Source: Octopus sinensis (Eukaryota). From it: a stretch of 64,000 bases of DNA. Under the pieces are notes generated by a model, which had not been told where the DNA came from, made no database searches, and worked only from the letters and a program-made list of their open reading frames with translations. Location of the stretch: NCBI RefSeq assembly GCF_006345805.1, contig NC_043002.1:98890001-98954000 (forward strand), written 5' to 3'. The translations under genes and the position numbers were made by a program. Positions 12,347-25,211 of the stretch are shown piece after piece (positions within the stretch are counted from its first letter, which is position 1; every line of letters starts with the position of its first letter).

Positions 12347-13387
12347 TATTTGATAAGTAAGGTGACAGCTATGTTCCGGTCTTACTAGCCATATCAGTAC
12401 TTGCCAGATATAAGATGAATGAGACGACACACAGATTCAGCGTTTAATTCAACCAAAGAAAGAATAAAAGATGGCTATCTTAAACTCAAAATGAAACCAA
12501 ATCAAAAGAATGATCTGTTGAAGCGACTTGACGCGCAACAATTTCTAAGAATTAAAATCACAAATAAGTGATGCGGTGAGAAAAGGGGCAGCTTGAATTT
12601 TGGTAGACATAGTAAAAATATTCGACATGTTTCAGTCTTATTAGATCATCTCTGCAACATAGTCATTCACAAGTCAACCAAATCATTCGAGAGAAAAGAC
12701 TGTATAATTATCAATTAGATTGTATAGTTTTTGTTTGGCTTGCAGTGAGGGAAAATGGCTAAAGTAATATTCATGCTGTTTTGAATGTGATTAGAAAGGT
12801 GTATGAAAATGGTCTGAATTAAATTACTAAAGCCGAAGAGTGGACATATCTCCTGCAGAGTTTACGGTATTATACATAATAATTTTATGGATATGAATTG
12901 ATATTTCTAATGTAGGAATAATGACAATATGATACGAGGAAAAAAGAAGCGACAAACTTGATACCATTTTCTAACAGTATTAGCGGCGCACGGGCCGTGT
13001 AACGGCTAACAATCACGAGAACTAACCACTGTATTCGCTGTATTGTTTTTCGTCTCTATTTAACTTACTGACACACCTCTGTGTTTTGGACAGGGACATT
13101 TAACATCCTAACGCTTAACGATTCCTGTCTGCATGCCTCATGATTAAAGATAAAAAGGAGTATTTTATAAACAAACTTATAAGCGCCGAGTGAGTCGCTA
13201 TAATAAAGGAATTCTCGAATGCAGGTCGGTTGTGAAGACGGCTCAGAAAATTAGGTAAATACTCTCTACAAGACAGAAAAAGTGGCCAATTGTTTTCCTT
13301 TTCTAAAGAGTATGTACCCGATTTTCTAAGCTGTTTTCACAGCCAGCCTGTGCTCAAGAATTTCTTTATTTTCTGTAGACTCTAAGA

Positions 13388-13618
<231 letters not shown>

Positions 13619-13914
13619 TTTGATTAATGAGAGCGACGTGTTTTAATTATTTTAATATATATAATTTGATTAATGAGAGAGACACGTTTTAATTATTTTA
13701 AGCCTGGCGGAATCCTCATTCTCTAGGTTTGAAACAGCCGATGTGTTGCCAGAGACAAAGTGTGCATGTGTATGTGCGTGTGTGTATGTGCGTGTGTGTA
13801 TGTGTGTGTGCGCATGTTTCGGAGAGATAGAGAGAGAGAGAATGGGAGAGGTGAGACAGTGCTTGTATACATGTGGAAAATGGAGAAGACTCGACTCTAG
13901 AAGGATATAAGACA

Positions 13915-13999
13915 TTGCTTACCTCGGTGGAATTTGAGCTCAGAGAGCAGAGAGTTGGAAGAACGAATACCTTAGAACATTCAGTCCGACGCTCTAACA
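13915..13999 (-). mobile_element. SINE family A head fragment
   Basis: Reverse complement GTTAGAGCGTCGG..CTGAGCTCAAATTCCACCGAGG. Confidence 0.6.
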
Positions 14000-14614
14000 A
14001 TTATATCAATGGACCATATAAGGAAACACCCAAATCTTCATAAGCAACCAGTCCAGTTATCATATTGAAGATGATTATGATTATGCCATCGTCTCCCCAA
14101 GCCAGACATATGAAATTTCTTTTTGAAAATGTGATATTATAGTTATACTTTTATAAAGCTTTAACAAACATCAGCATGAACGTCTAACGAACCACAGGTG
14201 CTAAGTCTATTTCAAAAGATTTTGAATTTATGTATCACTTTTATTTTTTATCAATATAAGATCAATAAATATCTATAAATTATTACGTCTGAAGCTAATA
14301 AAATTTCCGTATAGATTTTTTACAATCAAAAACTAAACAAGATGTATTGGTTATGCACATATAGTATCACTTTGAAGGATGTAAATTTATCATTTCTTAT
14401 TTCGCCATTATCAATGTTCATTCAGCTCAAAAAGACACAGAAACATTCTCTTTTTGCTTAGATGCAAAGTAAATAGATCTTGTAGAGGAGTAAAAGTGAT
14501 TGTTGAAGAGACTAAGAAGTCCATTATGTGTTGTTTCTGCTGTTGTTGTTGTTGTTGTTGTTGGTGTTGTTGAGCAACAAGACGGGTAAGGGTGATTAGG
14601 TGATGGTCTAGGGC

Positions 14615-14830
14615 TTAGGGGCAGGAGACCCCAGACCTTGGAAAAAAAAACTTTGGTCGTCTTGTTGTAGTCGAGGGCTCTTCGTCGATGCCCGACACCA
14701 CTGGAAGGCGGCCCTCGTAGTCGCTGGAAATGGAGATCTCTAGGTCCAAATTCTTGAACGGCAAGTTGTTGCTGGTGTCGTTGCTGCTTCTGCTTTTGTT
14801 TACCATTCGGTCAACTGTAACTGATGTGAC
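14615..14830 (-). CDS. Candidate coding exon, unidentified product (VTSVTVDRMVNKSRSSNDTSNNLPFKNLDLEISISSDYEGRLPVVSGIDEEPSTTTRRPKFFFPRSGVSCP*)
   Basis: Acceptor TTTTCATTACAG at 14842-14831; 71 open codons; GC-rich third positions against an AT-rich background; AATAAA at 14245-14240. No recognisable family. Confidence 0.5.
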   Translation of the reverse strand, partial: VTSVTVDRMVNKSRSSNDTSNNLPFKNLDLEISISSDYEGRLPVVSGIDEEPSTTTRRPKFFFPRSGVSCP

Positions 14831-15289
14831 CTGTAATGAAAAGTCTTTCAGCAGGGAGTATTTTTAGGTCTATAGAAGTTATGTTGTGCCATTCCCTTAT
14901 ACAAGATTAAAAAGGGTTATTTGAAGGATATTCGAGTGGTGTTTCTCGTTGGTAGGTGAAGCAACTGCTGTAGCGTCTTGTTCGTTTTCTCGCAGTCTGA
15001 AGATGGGTTATGGTGATGATGAGTTGTGATGGTTTTCTGAGGTCGTGGTGGGTATAATGTGGTGGTGAATGCTACCAAGTGTTGTGGTGGGGGTCAGGTG
15101 TCTTGAGAGATGCCCGGTTTTGATATGTCTATCATGTATTGTTGAGGCTGTCACGTGTTGTGATAGCTGTCGGGATGGCGTGGTAATTACAAGATGGAAT
15201 AGTAAAATGTTGCGTGTTGTAGTGACGGTCATGTGTTGTCGTAACTGTCAGTTGCTGTAGTGGTTGTGAAGCATTGTAGCTTGCTCTAA

Positions 15290-16235
15290 GAAAGTTACCA
15301 TTTTTTTTTACCTGCCACCTGCTTGGTTTTGAAGGAAAGCATTTTGTTTTAACCACCATCCTTTAAATCTTAAGATCTTGCAGATTTTTATAGTCTTAGA
15401 TATCGTGATTCTTTGTAGCGTATGAATTAATGATTTGCATTCTCTCCCCAAGACTCCGAGTTCAGCCATAAGTAGCTCCATACTGGTTGGTATGTATCTT
15501 GTTGTTCCAATGATAATAGGTATGAAGCTGAAAGCGTACCTTGGGTACTTGATGTGCAACCTCCTTCTCAAGGGTCCGTAGATGTTCTCTTATGTATTTT
15601 TTCTAACCACACTGGTGTTCAGTGGGCAGCTGATTTCCACAACAGAACATATCTTTCATTTGTGGTCCCACGCAACAATATCTGGCCGGTTGTGCTTTAA
15701 CTCGGTGGCTGTCTTAATTTTTAAAGTTACATCAATATATCAATATTCTTTCATCCCATCGGTCTCAATACGGTCAACTTTCGTTTTTGTTTTTGCTATT
15801 CTGTTCAAGACTGTTCTGGCCACCGCATCATGATTCAAGGAAAAATAATATCCGGAAGACATTCTCTCTCAGTTGCCAATAATCTCAAGTTGATCTCTTT
15901 AGTCTTGCTCTTGCACAGCCTACATTTGTTGTTTGTCAACTTTTTCTGTCTTTTATGCTCAAGGTAATTGGTTTTATGACTCTTGTTTTAGGACTGCATG
16001 GATGTAGCATCGAAGAAGGATGTCATAAACTTGTAGATACTCCATGCCAAGATTTTAGCATGAACAATCTCTTCTATGGTTTGTGATTTACATGCCAAGT
16101 ACTCATGTACTATCTTCTCACTCAACTGGTCCACTTTTTAAAATTCTCTTGATCTGATTAATAGGTTTTACCGATGCTCCTTGGGGAGAGATCTCTATCA
16201 GCTCTTATTTCATACTTCTCCTCAAGTTCATTACC
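15290..16235 (-). mobile_element. Decayed non-LTR retrotransposon 3' region with restriction-like endonuclease (R4/Dong- or Hero-like)
   Basis: Hand translation LKHNRPDIVAWDHK*KICSVVEISCP..YGPLRRRLHIKYPRYAFSFIPIIIG fits the PD-(D/E)xK RLE domain with its IPIIIG tail. Confidence 0.75.
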
Positions 16236-18021
16236 TATTCTAATTATGTATGTATGTATGTATGTATGTATGTATGTATGTATGTATGTATGTATGCATA
16301 TGTATGCATGCATGCATCTAGCTATCTATCTATGTATATCATTTACCACATGTTTCTATTTGAAGTTTTACTTATGTATTTATGCAAAAAGAGTCTTTTG
16401 TATTTGGAAAATTTATCTAAGAAATTTTTGCTAAAGGGAATGTCATTATGTATCTCATTATTTCGCTAAAGCAGCAGCAAATGGCCTTGTTTTCCAGGAA
16501 TGGTTCGCAAGATACTCTATGAAGATTAGTTTTCCTTTGTATTCACTTAGCAGATGGGAAGTTTCGAATCTATTTCATAAGCCAACTTCATGTCTCGTGT
16601 TTTTTCCAACACTAAATTATGCAATGTGTGGTATGATATTTGCTAAGTTCTAGCCAATACGAGACTGTAGCGAATTTTAAAATTCTCAGTTAAAGTAAGT
16701 TCACTTTACTGAGCCGTTTGTATTGTAGGGAAAAGTATGAATATCACACTTGTAATTTCTGACACTCGCATAGAATATAATATCGTCTTACCCAAACCAA
16801 AACAAAATGCAAATTACCTAAGGTGGAATATATTATAACTGGCTGAATAGACGAGCAGAAAATACTTAAACTATAGTTAACATACAGCACCACACAATGC
16901 TACAGTAAAACAAATCAATATAGTGTATTACCATAATACGTAATAACATGATAAAAAATAACAACGTGAAATAAATAAATATATGCAAATAAAAGTATTT
17001 GCAAGATTCCGAAAAAGCGAACAAAAACATTGAAAATTTTATGGGACTAATTATTTCAGGAGATTAGCATTAAAGAGTAATCCGGGAAAACAGTTGAGAA
17101 CTTTTTCGATACGGCTAAAAAGTGACTTAGAAATCAAATTTGAGATTACCTCAGATATTAAATATGTAGTTCCTCGTTGAAATCAAATAATCCTTTTGTG
17201 ATATTTCCTCATAATTCGTCTGGCTTAGATTATAGAAAGAATCACACATTTTAAAGAATATTTTCAACTAATTGTGTGTTCTTCTTCTCGTTTCACAGCA
17301 GTGAATAAATATTACTGCCATTTCTGTCAAACATAATTAAATCAAGTCTCTTATTAAGCTATTCTGTTGAATATCTCTCTTACTTTTGCTATCGCACGTG
17401 AAAAGGTGTATATCATCGATCGAGATAATATACATGAAGGAACGTGTCAAATCAGTATCAACGATAATTTATACATTATATATTCTTCCTGATGTCGTTA
17501 TAGATTCTAAATACATGAATTATAATTGCAGTAGACGAAAGTTCCATAAACATGATACATGTTTTGAGCTGTAGTTACAATATTTGTTATTAATTTCTGT
17601 ATTTGTTTCTCGGAAAATTTTTGCTACTGAATTCAGTTATCATTTTACATGTACATTTTGTTCTTCCATAGAATCTGCAATATCAGTAATGTGAATCTAA
17701 ATATTTAACACGTCTAAATAATTCTGCTGAGTTAGATCGAAATGTTAATTTTATTATTGATGGAGATGGAACACGAAAGAAAGAAAGATCGACATTTTTT
17801 AATACAAACTGATGTTTTTGAGAATAGAAAATAATAATTTCAGAGTTGTACTTGTTCAACTTTTATAATATCTACCTTTTCATAAAGCATTTTTATTACT
17901 AAACGTATTAGAAATGTAATTTTTGAATAGCTGACTTTCAGTAAACATAAAAATGTTATCAAATTATCCTTCTCGGCAATTTAAACTTCATTCATAAGTT
18001 TTTATATAAGAAGTGAATTAT

Positions 18022-18393
18022 AGGGTTCCGAGTTCAGTCCCACTGCGTGGCACCTTGAGCAAATGTCTTCTACTAAAGCCTCGGGCCGACCAAAGCATTG
18101 TGAGTGGATCTGGTAGACGGAAACTGAAAGAAACCCGTCGTATATATGTATATGTATATATATATATATAAATGTGTGTGTGTGTTTGTGTGTATGTGTA
18201 TGTCCTCCCAACATCGCTTGACAATCGATGCTGGTGTGTTTACGTCCCCGTAACCTAGCTGTTCGGCAAAAGAGACCGATAGAATAAGTACTAGGCTTAC
18301 AAAGAATAAGTCCTGGGGGTCGATTTGCTCGACTAAAGGCGGTGCTCCAGCATGGCCGCAGTCAAATGACTGAAACAAGTAAAAGAGTAAGTA
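18022..18393 (+). mobile_element. SINE family B, 5'-truncated
   Basis: Matches 9977-10398 from the B box onward. Confidence 0.85.
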
Positions 18394-18395
18394 AA

Positions 18396-18680
18396 AAATT
18401 CCGATCTACTTCAAAGTAAGTGCCGCTGACTTCAATGCGCTTGTAGCGCTCCAGCCTTTTCGTGAAGGTCTCATGGAAGTGCTCCAAAATGAAGGTGTCC
18501 CGGACACTTGTCACAACCTCAATCATCTTCCTCTTCAACCAAAAGTCACAGAGAGCAAGAACTGAACTGCAGGGAGGGTAAGGGAGAGTTTTGATACCCG
18601 TCCTTGTCAAGTAGGAACTGTGGACTGGTTTATTGTCCTGGTCTTGCTGTTCTGGCATTTTCCGGCGAAATCCCTTTCTG
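18396..18680 (-). pseudogene. Mariner transposase C-terminal fragment
   Basis: LPYPPCSSVLALCDFWL (YSPDLAPCDFWL-like) and FTKRLERYKRIEVSGTYFE. Confidence 0.75.
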
Positions 18681-19289
18681 AAACAAGTAAAAGAGTAATT
18701 GTAAATACTAATCGACCAAACTTTATGCAATTGCTAGGAAATATACTTATGTATGCAGATGCTGCCAGAATATTTTTTTAAAAGGTATTTCCAGAAAGCC
18801 TTACGTAACAATTTGTTTCGCTACTATTTACAAAAAACAACTTTAGTTCAATTTACTGAAGTGAAGTGTTAGAAAGACATATACCATCAAAAGGGGAGAT
18901 AACATTTGTCTTTGATGCGATCATGGGAAGAAGAACCAAAATGCGAAATTGAATAAACGAGAAGTATGAAAATATGGAGAAGGATATTTGCGGGAAATTT
19001 CTTCTCTCTAATGTTTTTCGTCATTGATTTCGCCTACAAGTCTACTAACAAAAACCCGACTTGCGTATGAGTTCGTTGAAACCAGGATGTAAATAAACCA
19101 TCCGCCACATATAAATGATTTCATCTATACATAAAAAATGGTGCTTGGTGCTTGGGGAAAATTGTTCAGTTTTAATTGTGAACAGAGGCCTATATTTAAA
19201 TGTAATGCTATGTTGGAATTACATAGTTTTGCGTTTTTACCCTTAGACACACAGAAACACATGTTTCACAACATCGCTATTCAAATATA

Positions 19290-20188
19290 TTGGGCCGTAA
19301 CATAAATAATGCAGTTTTTTCAATTGCATGATGGGATAAACTACCTGCATCAACTTGTTATTAAAGCAAGTATTAATTTTACCTTGTTATTATATCTAGT
19401 GCAAGTTTTGTAGAGTGCAGTTCGATTTTAATAGTTATTTTTTCAAAGCTATAATGGGAGTGAGAAAAGGCATATTCGGCGTATTTTGTTTTATGAGTTC
19501 AATAAAGGTAACAACGCAACGGAAAGTGCAAGGAATATTAATGCAGAATATGGGGATCGGACAATAAGCGTAAGTTAGTGTTCAAGTGATGTTCTAGAAA
19601 TTCCGACCAGGAAAATACAGCCTAGAAGACGAGCCTCACCCTGGTAAATTCTGTAGAGTTCGACAAGGACTTCCTGCAAAGCCTGGTTGAACAAAATCCC
19701 ATCGTAACTGTTGAGGAACTAGCAGAGAAGCTTGGGTTTTGTCAGTCAACCAGTCATCCAAGTCAGTGCTAGAAGAAAAATGACCATCTTTGGTTTCAAG
19801 TTGAAAGGAGTTCTTCCACCAGGATAATGGCTCCGTTATATACTGCGAGGATGACATTCCAGAGGCTGGAACAGTTTGAATGGGAAACGGTGCCCCACTC
19901 ACCATATCCACCGGACATTGTCCCATCTCATTATCATTTATTCCGCAATCTTCAAAATCATTTTGACGGAAAAAATATGAATTCTGTAGACGAGGTCAGA
20001 ACAGTAGTGAAGAAGAATTTTTCGTGACGGACAGTTGAATTTTGGTAGAGGAGCCTTGCAAGCCTACCAGATAGATGGAAGAGCATTGTAGAAAATGAAG
20101 GAGACAATATTTTAGATTAAAAAAGAAGTTTATCTTAATTTTGAAAAATAAAAGTATAAAAAACCGCATTATTTATGGGATGACCCAA
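19290..20188 (+). mobile_element. Internally deleted mariner element (899 bp)
   Basis: TIRs TTGGG-C---CATAAATAATGC-GTTTTT and AAAACCGCATTATTTATGGGATGACCCAA; TA flanks; remnant EQFEWETVPHSPYPPDIVPSHYHLFRNLQNH. Confidence 0.88.
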
Positions 20189-20829
20189 TATCTACAATTT
20201 AATGAGCATAATATCAACAAGTTTAAAATAGATTAATATCTTACGAGACACGTATTTGCCTATGTCAATGAATCTAGATGATGAAATATTTTCTCCTTCG
20301 AAGGAGTTCCATTTCTATTACAGCCTCATTGTAATCCTGTATAAAAGATGGCCATTGAAGCATTCTAGAAGTAATTTCCATCGCTATTTATTGAGTGATA
20401 TCCAAATACCAAAGCGTTAACGTTGTTTACTTTGTACATAATAGATTTTCAAAAGAGCACTAATAGTAGTGAAACTACTAAGACACTCCGGGTCTGTGTA
20501 TGAGCTTGTTAAAATCAGGGTGTAAATAAACCATCTTATATATATATATATATATATATATAAGTAAATCGTTAGATGAACTTAACTATCAGCAGAAATG
20601 AAATAGATCAGGGTCTTCTTGTCTAAGCAGCAACAATATTTAACAAAAATACTGGTATGCAATTTTGGTTGATTAAGTGCGCAGTTTTAATTACGAAGAG
20701 AGGTTGAGATATTAAATCTGATGATATAACGATATCACAAGATGTTATCTTTGCCTTGCAGAAAGATAATGACGGATACATGTAACTAGGGATACTCCAT
20801 AAAATAATGGAAATAGAAACGTGGGGTAA

Positions 20830-21205
20830 GTTCTCCAGAGAATACAAGAAGATGATTTTCTTCTGGTCGTTTAGCCAATTCCGCTCAAAAGGTCCCTGAA
20901 TAAGGATTGTTTAAGGATATTGAACGAACCACCATGTTCCGAAGGTGTATTATCCAAACCTCCAACAATCCCTTTCAAGACACAGCTATGATGCTCCCCC
21001 ACTACTTCTGATCATGGTCAGAGATGCACATATCGTCAGCCACTAAGGGACATGGTCAACTGGTTAAGGTCAAACAAATCTGTGGTATTGAGCAGAATAT
21101 TTGCTGTAGCCCATCTTTTATACCAAGACAAAACAATGTACATAACACTTCCAATCAGTTAAGATCATAAGCCATGAGAGCCACTGTCTGCTACTGCATC
21201 AGGGC

Positions 21206-21248
<43 letters not shown>
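20830..21248 (+). mobile_element. Unclassified retroposon 3' end with (ATT)n tail
   Basis: Non-AT-biased segment ending abruptly in (ATT)n; family not assignable by eye. Confidence 0.4.
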
Positions 21249-21605
21249 ACTGTTTTCATATAAAATATTACCTACACTCGACTCCTGTCTACATATAAAC
21301 TAATCTAGCAGACTTCTTAACTAAGGTTGCTGACCTTAGTTATCACACTACACACTTACATGGACTATATTCTTAACCCCAACGGCCGACTTACACACAC
21401 ACACACATTTCATTGTTGGCCTCGACAATATTCAGCCACACGCCTGCTGTATTCTTGGGATATTCTTTTGTTTGTAAAATTACTTGTCATCTGATAATCA
21501 CAGTCTTTCGTAATGGAGTAATGTTCTCATTTTCGTATTAAAAAGTTACGTAAGAAATAGCTGTAATGAGGTGAAAATTATCCCTCGTCTATTATTATTC
21601 ATTTG

Positions 21606-21647
<42 letters not shown>

Positions 21648-21718
21648 ATGTGTGTGATATATGACACCCTGTACTTGATGTAAATATATATATATATATG
21701 TATGTATGTATGTATATC

Positions 21719-21824
<106 letters not shown>

Positions 21825-21825
21825 A

Positions 21826-22030
21826 TATTCCTTTATTCTTTTACTTGTTTCTGTCATTTGACTCCGACCATGCTCGACCACCGCTTTGCAAGGGGTTTAT
21901 TCGAAGAATTCTACTCCAGAACTTATTCTTAGTCAGCCTATTAAGTATTCTATCGTCTATTTTGCCGATCCGCTAAGTTACGGTGATATAAACACACCAA
22001 CATCGGTTTTCAAGCGAAGGCGGACACATA
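21826..22030 (-). mobile_element. SINE family B tail module, diverged
   Basis: Reverse complement of ACCGATG-TGGTGTGTTTA..CTTAGCGG-TCGGCAAA..TGACTGAAACAAGTAAAAG. Confidence 0.75.
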
Positions 22031-22613
22031 TACACACACACACTCACACACGCACATGCACACGCACACACACACACACAAGTATATAAATATATTTATC
22101 AAAATTTAATAGCTTGCATATTAGGACACAAAATCCGTTTTTATGGATGCACTTCTTGTGGTACGACTCGAAACCCCTTCATCCAGACCAGAGAAATAAT
22201 GGAAATACACGCACATGCATAGATAATTAATCAAAACAAAAACAAAACAAAACCATACACGCACCACATTCACCCCAGTAAAGTAACATGATTTAAACAA
22301 ACTGGGAAACCACGTAAAATACATATTACACAAATTGTATCGTGACTCAGTGTGTATACATTAAGGTATACCGAAGGCATTAATATAATAGAATCATTTC
22401 TGGAAACATGCCAGAAATGTATGATCAAGCGAAAAGAGAAATAAAAGCAAAACAAAAGATCTATTACGCCACAATGAAATAGTCCGGTACTATATATCTT
22501 AATAAAATATAGTGGTAACTGAATATAAAACATATATATTAAAATAGACTACTCTGTTTTCGTATAGGTTTCAGAATTCTGCATTGTAGTATGAAATCTA
22601 TATATTCTATATA

Positions 22614-23022
22614 GGCGCAGGAGTGGCTGTGTGGTAAGTAGCTTGCTAACCAACTACATGGTTCCGGGTTCAGTCCCATTGCGTGGCATCTTGGGCAAGT
22701 GTCTTCTGCTATAGCCCCGGGCCGACCAATGCCTTGTGAGTGGATTTGGTAGACGGAAACTGAAAGAAGCCTGTCGTATATATGTATATATATATAAGTT
22801 TGTGTGTCTGTGTTTGTCCCCCTAGCATTGCTTGACAACCGATGCTGGTGTGCTTACGTCCCCGTCACTTAGCGGTTCGGAAAAAGTGACCGATAGAATA
22901 AGTACTGGGCTTACAAAGAATAAGTCCCGGGGTCGATTTGCTCGACTAAAGGCGGTGCTCCAGCATGGCCGCAGTCAAATGACTGAAACAAGTAAAAGAG
23001 TAAAAGAGTAAAAGAAAAGAGT
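22614..23022 (+). mobile_element. SINE family B, full length
   Basis: Collinear with 9977-10398. Confidence 0.9.
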
Positions 23023-23586
23023 AATTCTATTTCAGTATATATGCATGACGATGTTTTTGCCTTGGTTAAGTCGGCCAGTATATTAAGTTATCTGAAGCAT
23101 GTAATTTGTGCAATGAGTTTTCTTTGTCGTTATAATATTCAGTCACGATGAATTTTAGAAAAATTATATATATATATATATATGTGTGTGTATATATCTT
23201 TGTATGTATGTATGTATGTATGTATGTATATTATGCGTGTGTATCTATCTATCTATCTATCCATCTATCTATCTATGATTCACCTGAAGCGATAAATTAC
23301 AGGACTCCATACAAATGTATTCTTGATTACATCATACCTGAAAGGCCCCGATTTCCTGTACTCAGAGTTGTTTGTTTCCGATCATCAGCTCGTAAACGGA
23401 ACCTGGATGCCTTTAGAAATATTTAAGCTGAATATCGTTTGAAAAATGAAATGAAAGTTTAAAGAAAATTCTTATCCTTATGTTCTTCTCTTTGAAGACC
23501 TTTGTGAACGATACGTGCTAAAACGACTGCTTAAGTTCACGATTTTGATTTCCTTTTCTGATTTTCGTGTTAATATTATTATAAGC

Positions 23587-23800
23587 AAGGTACTGAGCTG
23601 GCAGAGACGATAGCACGCTGGGCGAAATGCTTAGTGGTATTTCGTCTGATTTTTCATTCTGAGTTCAAATTCCGCAGAGGTCGACTTTGCCTTTCATTCT
23701 TACGAGGTCGATAAATTAAATACCAGTTGCGTACTGGGGTCGATCTAATCGACTGGAACCATCCCCCAAAATTTCGGGCCTTGTGCCTAGAGTAGAAAAG
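23587..23800 (+). mobile_element. SINE family A with 15 bp target-site duplication
   Basis: AATATTATTATAAGC at 23572-23586 and 23801-23815. Confidence 0.92.
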
Positions 23801-24212
23801 AATATTATTATAAGCGTCAAAAACACCATTACAAACGAAGTCATAAATCTATCTTGTTTTTTTAGGCAATGTTCCAATATAGTGCTTTTAAATAATACTT
23901 AAAATATATACTTTAAAATAATAATGGGTGTGTACGTGGGTGTTCCTATCTCCAGGGCATAAGTACAAAAAAATATTGAATTGGAAATGCGTTAATGTTA
24001 GTTATTCAGCTTGCAAGTGTTTCAGTGTTATATTAGAGGTTATAATACTGCGAAGATAAATAGAAGGGAGATGCAATTAGCTAGCTAACAAAGATCATGC
24101 AACTCTAGCATTTGAGAGAACTGTCCACTTCACGATAACTGTCTCACAAATTCAATAGTATACGGTGCCAAGGCTTAAATCAAACATCTGAGATAAACCT
24201 AAACATACACAG

Positions 24213-24303
24213 CAGTGGTTCCCAACAGTGGTTCCCAACAGAAGTTCCCAACCCTTTTATTGAAATGAGTTTTCCTATGAACCCCTTTTAATATGCTTAT
24301 CCT

Positions 24304-24334
<31 letters not shown>

Positions 24335-24358
24335 AACACACAAACACACACACACACA

Positions 24359-24413
<55 letters not shown>

Positions 24414-24525
24414 CTATATATATATATATATATATATATATGGAATTTTGAATTTAGTTCACGGACCTCCAGTATTACCGTTAGGGACAACCAGGAGTTC
24501 GCGGACCCCAGGTTGGGAACCACTG
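24213..24525. mobile_element. hAT-type MITE with triplicated left TIR
   Basis: CAGTGGTTCCCAA at 24213 and 24226, CAGAAGTTCCCAA at 24239; right TIR TTGGGAACCACTG ends 24525; imperfect 8 bp TSD ATACACAG/ATATATAG. Confidence 0.8.
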
Positions 24526-25211
24526 ATATATAGGCTCGACGTAACTCACTTTCAAAGACTGTTATTACAAGCATAAACATCCATTTGTCAACCCCGACAG
24601 AAAATGTGCTACGGCTTTGTTGAAATTTATATGGTTCTTGCGTAATTCAAAATTACCCGTTCTCTTATAGATAGTGTGCAGCCATACAATACCAGGAGTT
24701 TCAAAACAAAGGCGCAGTGTGCTCTTCGTCTGAATGAAAAACAGAGTTTTGACCTAAGGTAGTAATAGCTTGAACTAAAGAACTGAGATGATAATACCTT
24801 ATGCACGCGACTAAGTATCTAAGCCTCCTTGAATTTCGTTCTGACTCAGAGAAAAAAAATTTGGTTTTCAAATGCTTAATTAATTGGTTTTATTACTATA
24901 TTGTTTAAGATATGTGAAAGTGCGTGTATGTGTGTGCGCATGTATACACATGTATACATAAATATATAATTATGCTTATGTATGTGTGTGCATGAGTGAA
25001 TATGTGTATATGTATGCGTCTGCACAGGCTCAGGCAAAATGAATACCAACATACACACCCATTATTTTCAAAATCATTAATTGAAAGTACTATTTTGGAA
25101 CATTGCTTAAACAGCAACGCAGTTTCGCGCCTTCGCTTATAATGGGGGTTTGTAATGTTTATAATACCACAAGAAGCAGAAAACAAAATCAAAAACGTAC
25201 GCTCAAGCAAC

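Noticed and set aside
13672-13725. Hammerhead-like remnant (AUGAGGA..AAAACGUGUC) on the minus strand
   Set aside because: Two core positions are mutated and helix II is absent.
24671-24758. 88 nt plus-strand exon candidate (SVQPYNTRSFKTKAQCALRLNEKQSFDL)
   Set aside because: One open frame of this length is common by chance; moderate donor; no recognisable domain.
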